From assembly GCA_026770705.1 (NCBI GenBank), contig JANJGN010000071.1, forward strand, positions 992,001 through 1,056,000: DNA of 64,000 nt, read 5' to 3'. Position 1 is the first letter of the stretch. Every line of letters starts with the position of its first letter. Origin of the DNA: Isurus oxyrinchus (taxonomy: Eukaryota). Made by a program: the position numbers and the translations under genes. The notes beneath the pieces were generated by a model. The model ran no database searches, had not been told where the DNA came from, and was given only the letters and a program-made list of their open reading frames with translations. Below, one piece after another: positions 61,560 to 64,000 of this stretch.

Positions 61560-63763
61560 TGCGATTAAGAACTTCCTGCAACTTAACTAACAGACCAAAG
61601 ACGTATTGAACTGTCTAAAAGTGATCTGTTTTTCAAAGAAATACAAGATTGTACACAGATCAAAAATGGCTGACACAAGTCACCTGATTGCTGATACTGT
61701 GAAGTTGATCACTTCTCTGGAAAGGTTCAAATGAATTGCACTGCAGACCTGTTGCATGGAAGTTCACGCCTGGGGTGTGTCAGGGTCCACTTCAAATAGA
61801 GACACTCTTAAAAGGAAGGCATTAAAATGCAAAGTGCTGGACTTTGATCAGCTGTAGTTCAATCAAAACATTGGGAACTGCTCACCAAGCGGATAATCAT
61901 CAACCATTCAAAACCCCCTGTGGAGGATACAATACCCCCGTCTCCTGTTGATTTATATCTTGAAATGCATCAAAGGTTTCAGAGATGCAAAGATAAAAAA
62001 ATGGGAATACTTGGTCTATAACAATGAATGCAAAACATGCTGATCGAATTGACTTCAGGGATATACAGACAGGAGTTTAACAAATGGTTCTGCCAAGCAG
62101 ATATAAGAGAAAGGAGGGGAAAAAGAAATATGGCAGTCTTCCACAAACACTGCTGGAAAAGAGCAGAAATGATTTCTCCCTCTCTCTCTCTCTGTCTGAA
62201 GCTAACAGAATGTCTTCAACAATGTGCAAGTCTGAGCCAGATAAAATACAGGAATCTACAGAAAACCAACTAATTTAAAACAGCTTCAAACTTCACAGCC
62301 TACGCTGTAGTACAAGCAAACGACTCTTTTAATTTTTTATTGGACTCTATAATTATNNNNNNNNNNNNNNNNNNNNNNNNNNNNNNNNNNNNNNNNNNNN
62401 NNNNNNNNNNNNNNNNNNNNNNNNNNNNNNNNNNNNNNNNNNNNNNNNNNNNNNNNNNNNNNNNNNNNNNNNNNNNNNNNNNNNNNNNNNNNNNNNNNNN
62501 NNNNNNNNNNNNNNNNNNNNNNNNNNNNNNNNNNNNNNNNNNNNNNNNNNNNNNNNNNNNNNNNNNNNNNNNNNNNNNNNNNNNNNNNNNNNNNNNNNNN
62601 NNNNNNNNNNNNNNNNNNNNNNNNNNNNNNNNNNNNNNNNNNNNNNNNNNNNNNNNNNNNNNNNNNNNNNNNNNNNNNNATTATTTTTCCTCCAGTTAGA
62701 TAACTAATAAACTTACTCTTTCTTTGACTCCACCAAACGTGGTTTAATTGGTTCATTCTTAACAATCAAAGAGACTTGCTTTGGAAATTGCATTTGGGGA
62801 AAAATATATTTTAAACCCTTTTTTTCAACCAACCATAATTACCTCTTAAACATCTTAATCTCATTACTACTGAATTCAAAGCCCACATCTCAAAACATAC
62901 AAGTTGGAAATTAGTTGTGACAGTTGTTTCAAGTTTCCCTCCAGGATTTGAACAGCTCAGCATTTACCATCTGTTATGTCATAACAGAGCTTCCTTCAAC
63001 TTAACCAACGAGCCAAAAATGTATTGAACTGTTTAAAGGAGACCTGTTTTTCAAAAGTACAAGATTAGGCATTGATCAAAAATGGCTGTCACGAGTCACC
63101 TGATTGCTGATACTGCAAACTTGATCACTTCTCTGGAAAGCTTCAAATGAATTGCACTACAGACATGTTGCATGAAAGTTCTCACTGAGGTGTGTCAGGG
63201 TCCACCTGAAACAGGGGCTCCATTAAAAATGCAAAGCGCTGGACTCTGATCACTGTAGGTCTATCAAGCTAATGGGAACTGCTCACCATGCAGATATTCA
63301 TCAGTCTTTCAAAACCTCTTGTGGAGGATGAAATACCTTCATCTCCTGTTGATTTATATCTTGAAATGCATCAAATGTTTCAGAGATGCAAAGATCAAAA
63401 AAGGGATTACTTGGTCTGCGACAATGAATGCAAGACATGCTGATCGAATTCCCTTTGGGAATATACAGACAGGAGTTTAACAACAGGTTCTGTCAAGCAG
63501 ATATAAGAGAAAGTAGGAGGAAAAAGAAAGATGGCAGTCACTCAAAAACACAGCTGGAAAAGAGCAGAAATTCTCTCTCTCTCTCTCTCTCTTTCTGAAG
63601 CTAACAGCGCATCTTCAACAAAGTGCAAATCTGAATCAAATCACCACCAGGATGCCACAGGAAACCAATTAACCTTGAACAGCTGCAAACGTCAACAATC
63701 TACACCTCAAAGACAAGCAATTGTATTAATCATATATTCTTTTAAATTTTTATTGGAATCTAA
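61560..63763. repeat. Two diverged direct copies of an LTR-like sequence (61575-62350 and 62995-63760)
   Basis: Colinear similarity, e.g. gtattgaactgt...tgtttttcaaa...gtcacctgattgctgatactg in both copies. Confidence 0.65.
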
Positions 63764-64000
63764 NNNNNNNNNNNNNNNNNNNNNNNNNNNNNNNNNNNNN
63801 NNNNNNNNNNNNNNNNNNNNNNNNNNNNNNNNNNNNNNNNNNNNNNNNNNNNNNNNNNNNNNNNNNNNNNNNNNNNNNNNNNNNNNNNNNNNNNNNNNNN
63901 NNNNNNGTGAGTGTGTGTCTGTCTATGTACCCTTGTGAGTGAGTGTGTGTGTGTGTGTACATGTGTGCGTGTGGATTGTTGCATCTTTATTATTAACGTT

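Overview
Eukaryotic vertebrate genomic DNA from a draft assembly with four N-gaps. The repeat content (CR1 and L2-like LINEs, Penelope, Gypsy, Deu-domain SINE and its 33-bp minisatellite derivative) points to a cartilaginous fish, which is an inference. The window holds a recently expanded, rearranged cluster of Siglec-like Ig-superfamily receptor genes, reconstructed by hand from splice sites because the ORF track misses most exons. Unit A (minus, 11.46-8.37 kb) has leader, V-set and C2-set exons but no downstream exons in the window. Units B (19.8-23.4 kb) and D (29.6-32.4 kb) have a leader followed directly by an Arg-containing transmembrane exon. Unit C (24.6-28.6 kb) is a pseudogene. Unit E (35.3-40.0 kb) is an apparently intact activating-type gene (V, C2, Arg-TM, short Tyr-free tail). 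Unit F (43.8-57.3 kb) is an inhibitory-type gene (V, three C2, neutral TM, ITIM and ITSM-like motifs) with a CD33-like exon layout but one mutated splice donor. E and F have near-identical ligand-binding halves and look like a paired activating/inhibitory receptor system. Also present are an orphan tyrosine-motif tail exon (15.9 kb) and the first two exons of a secreted-peptide gene with a hepcidin-like layout and promoter (3.0-4.7 kb) whose third exon I could not find. No prokaryotic features, rRNA, tRNA or CRISPR were seen.
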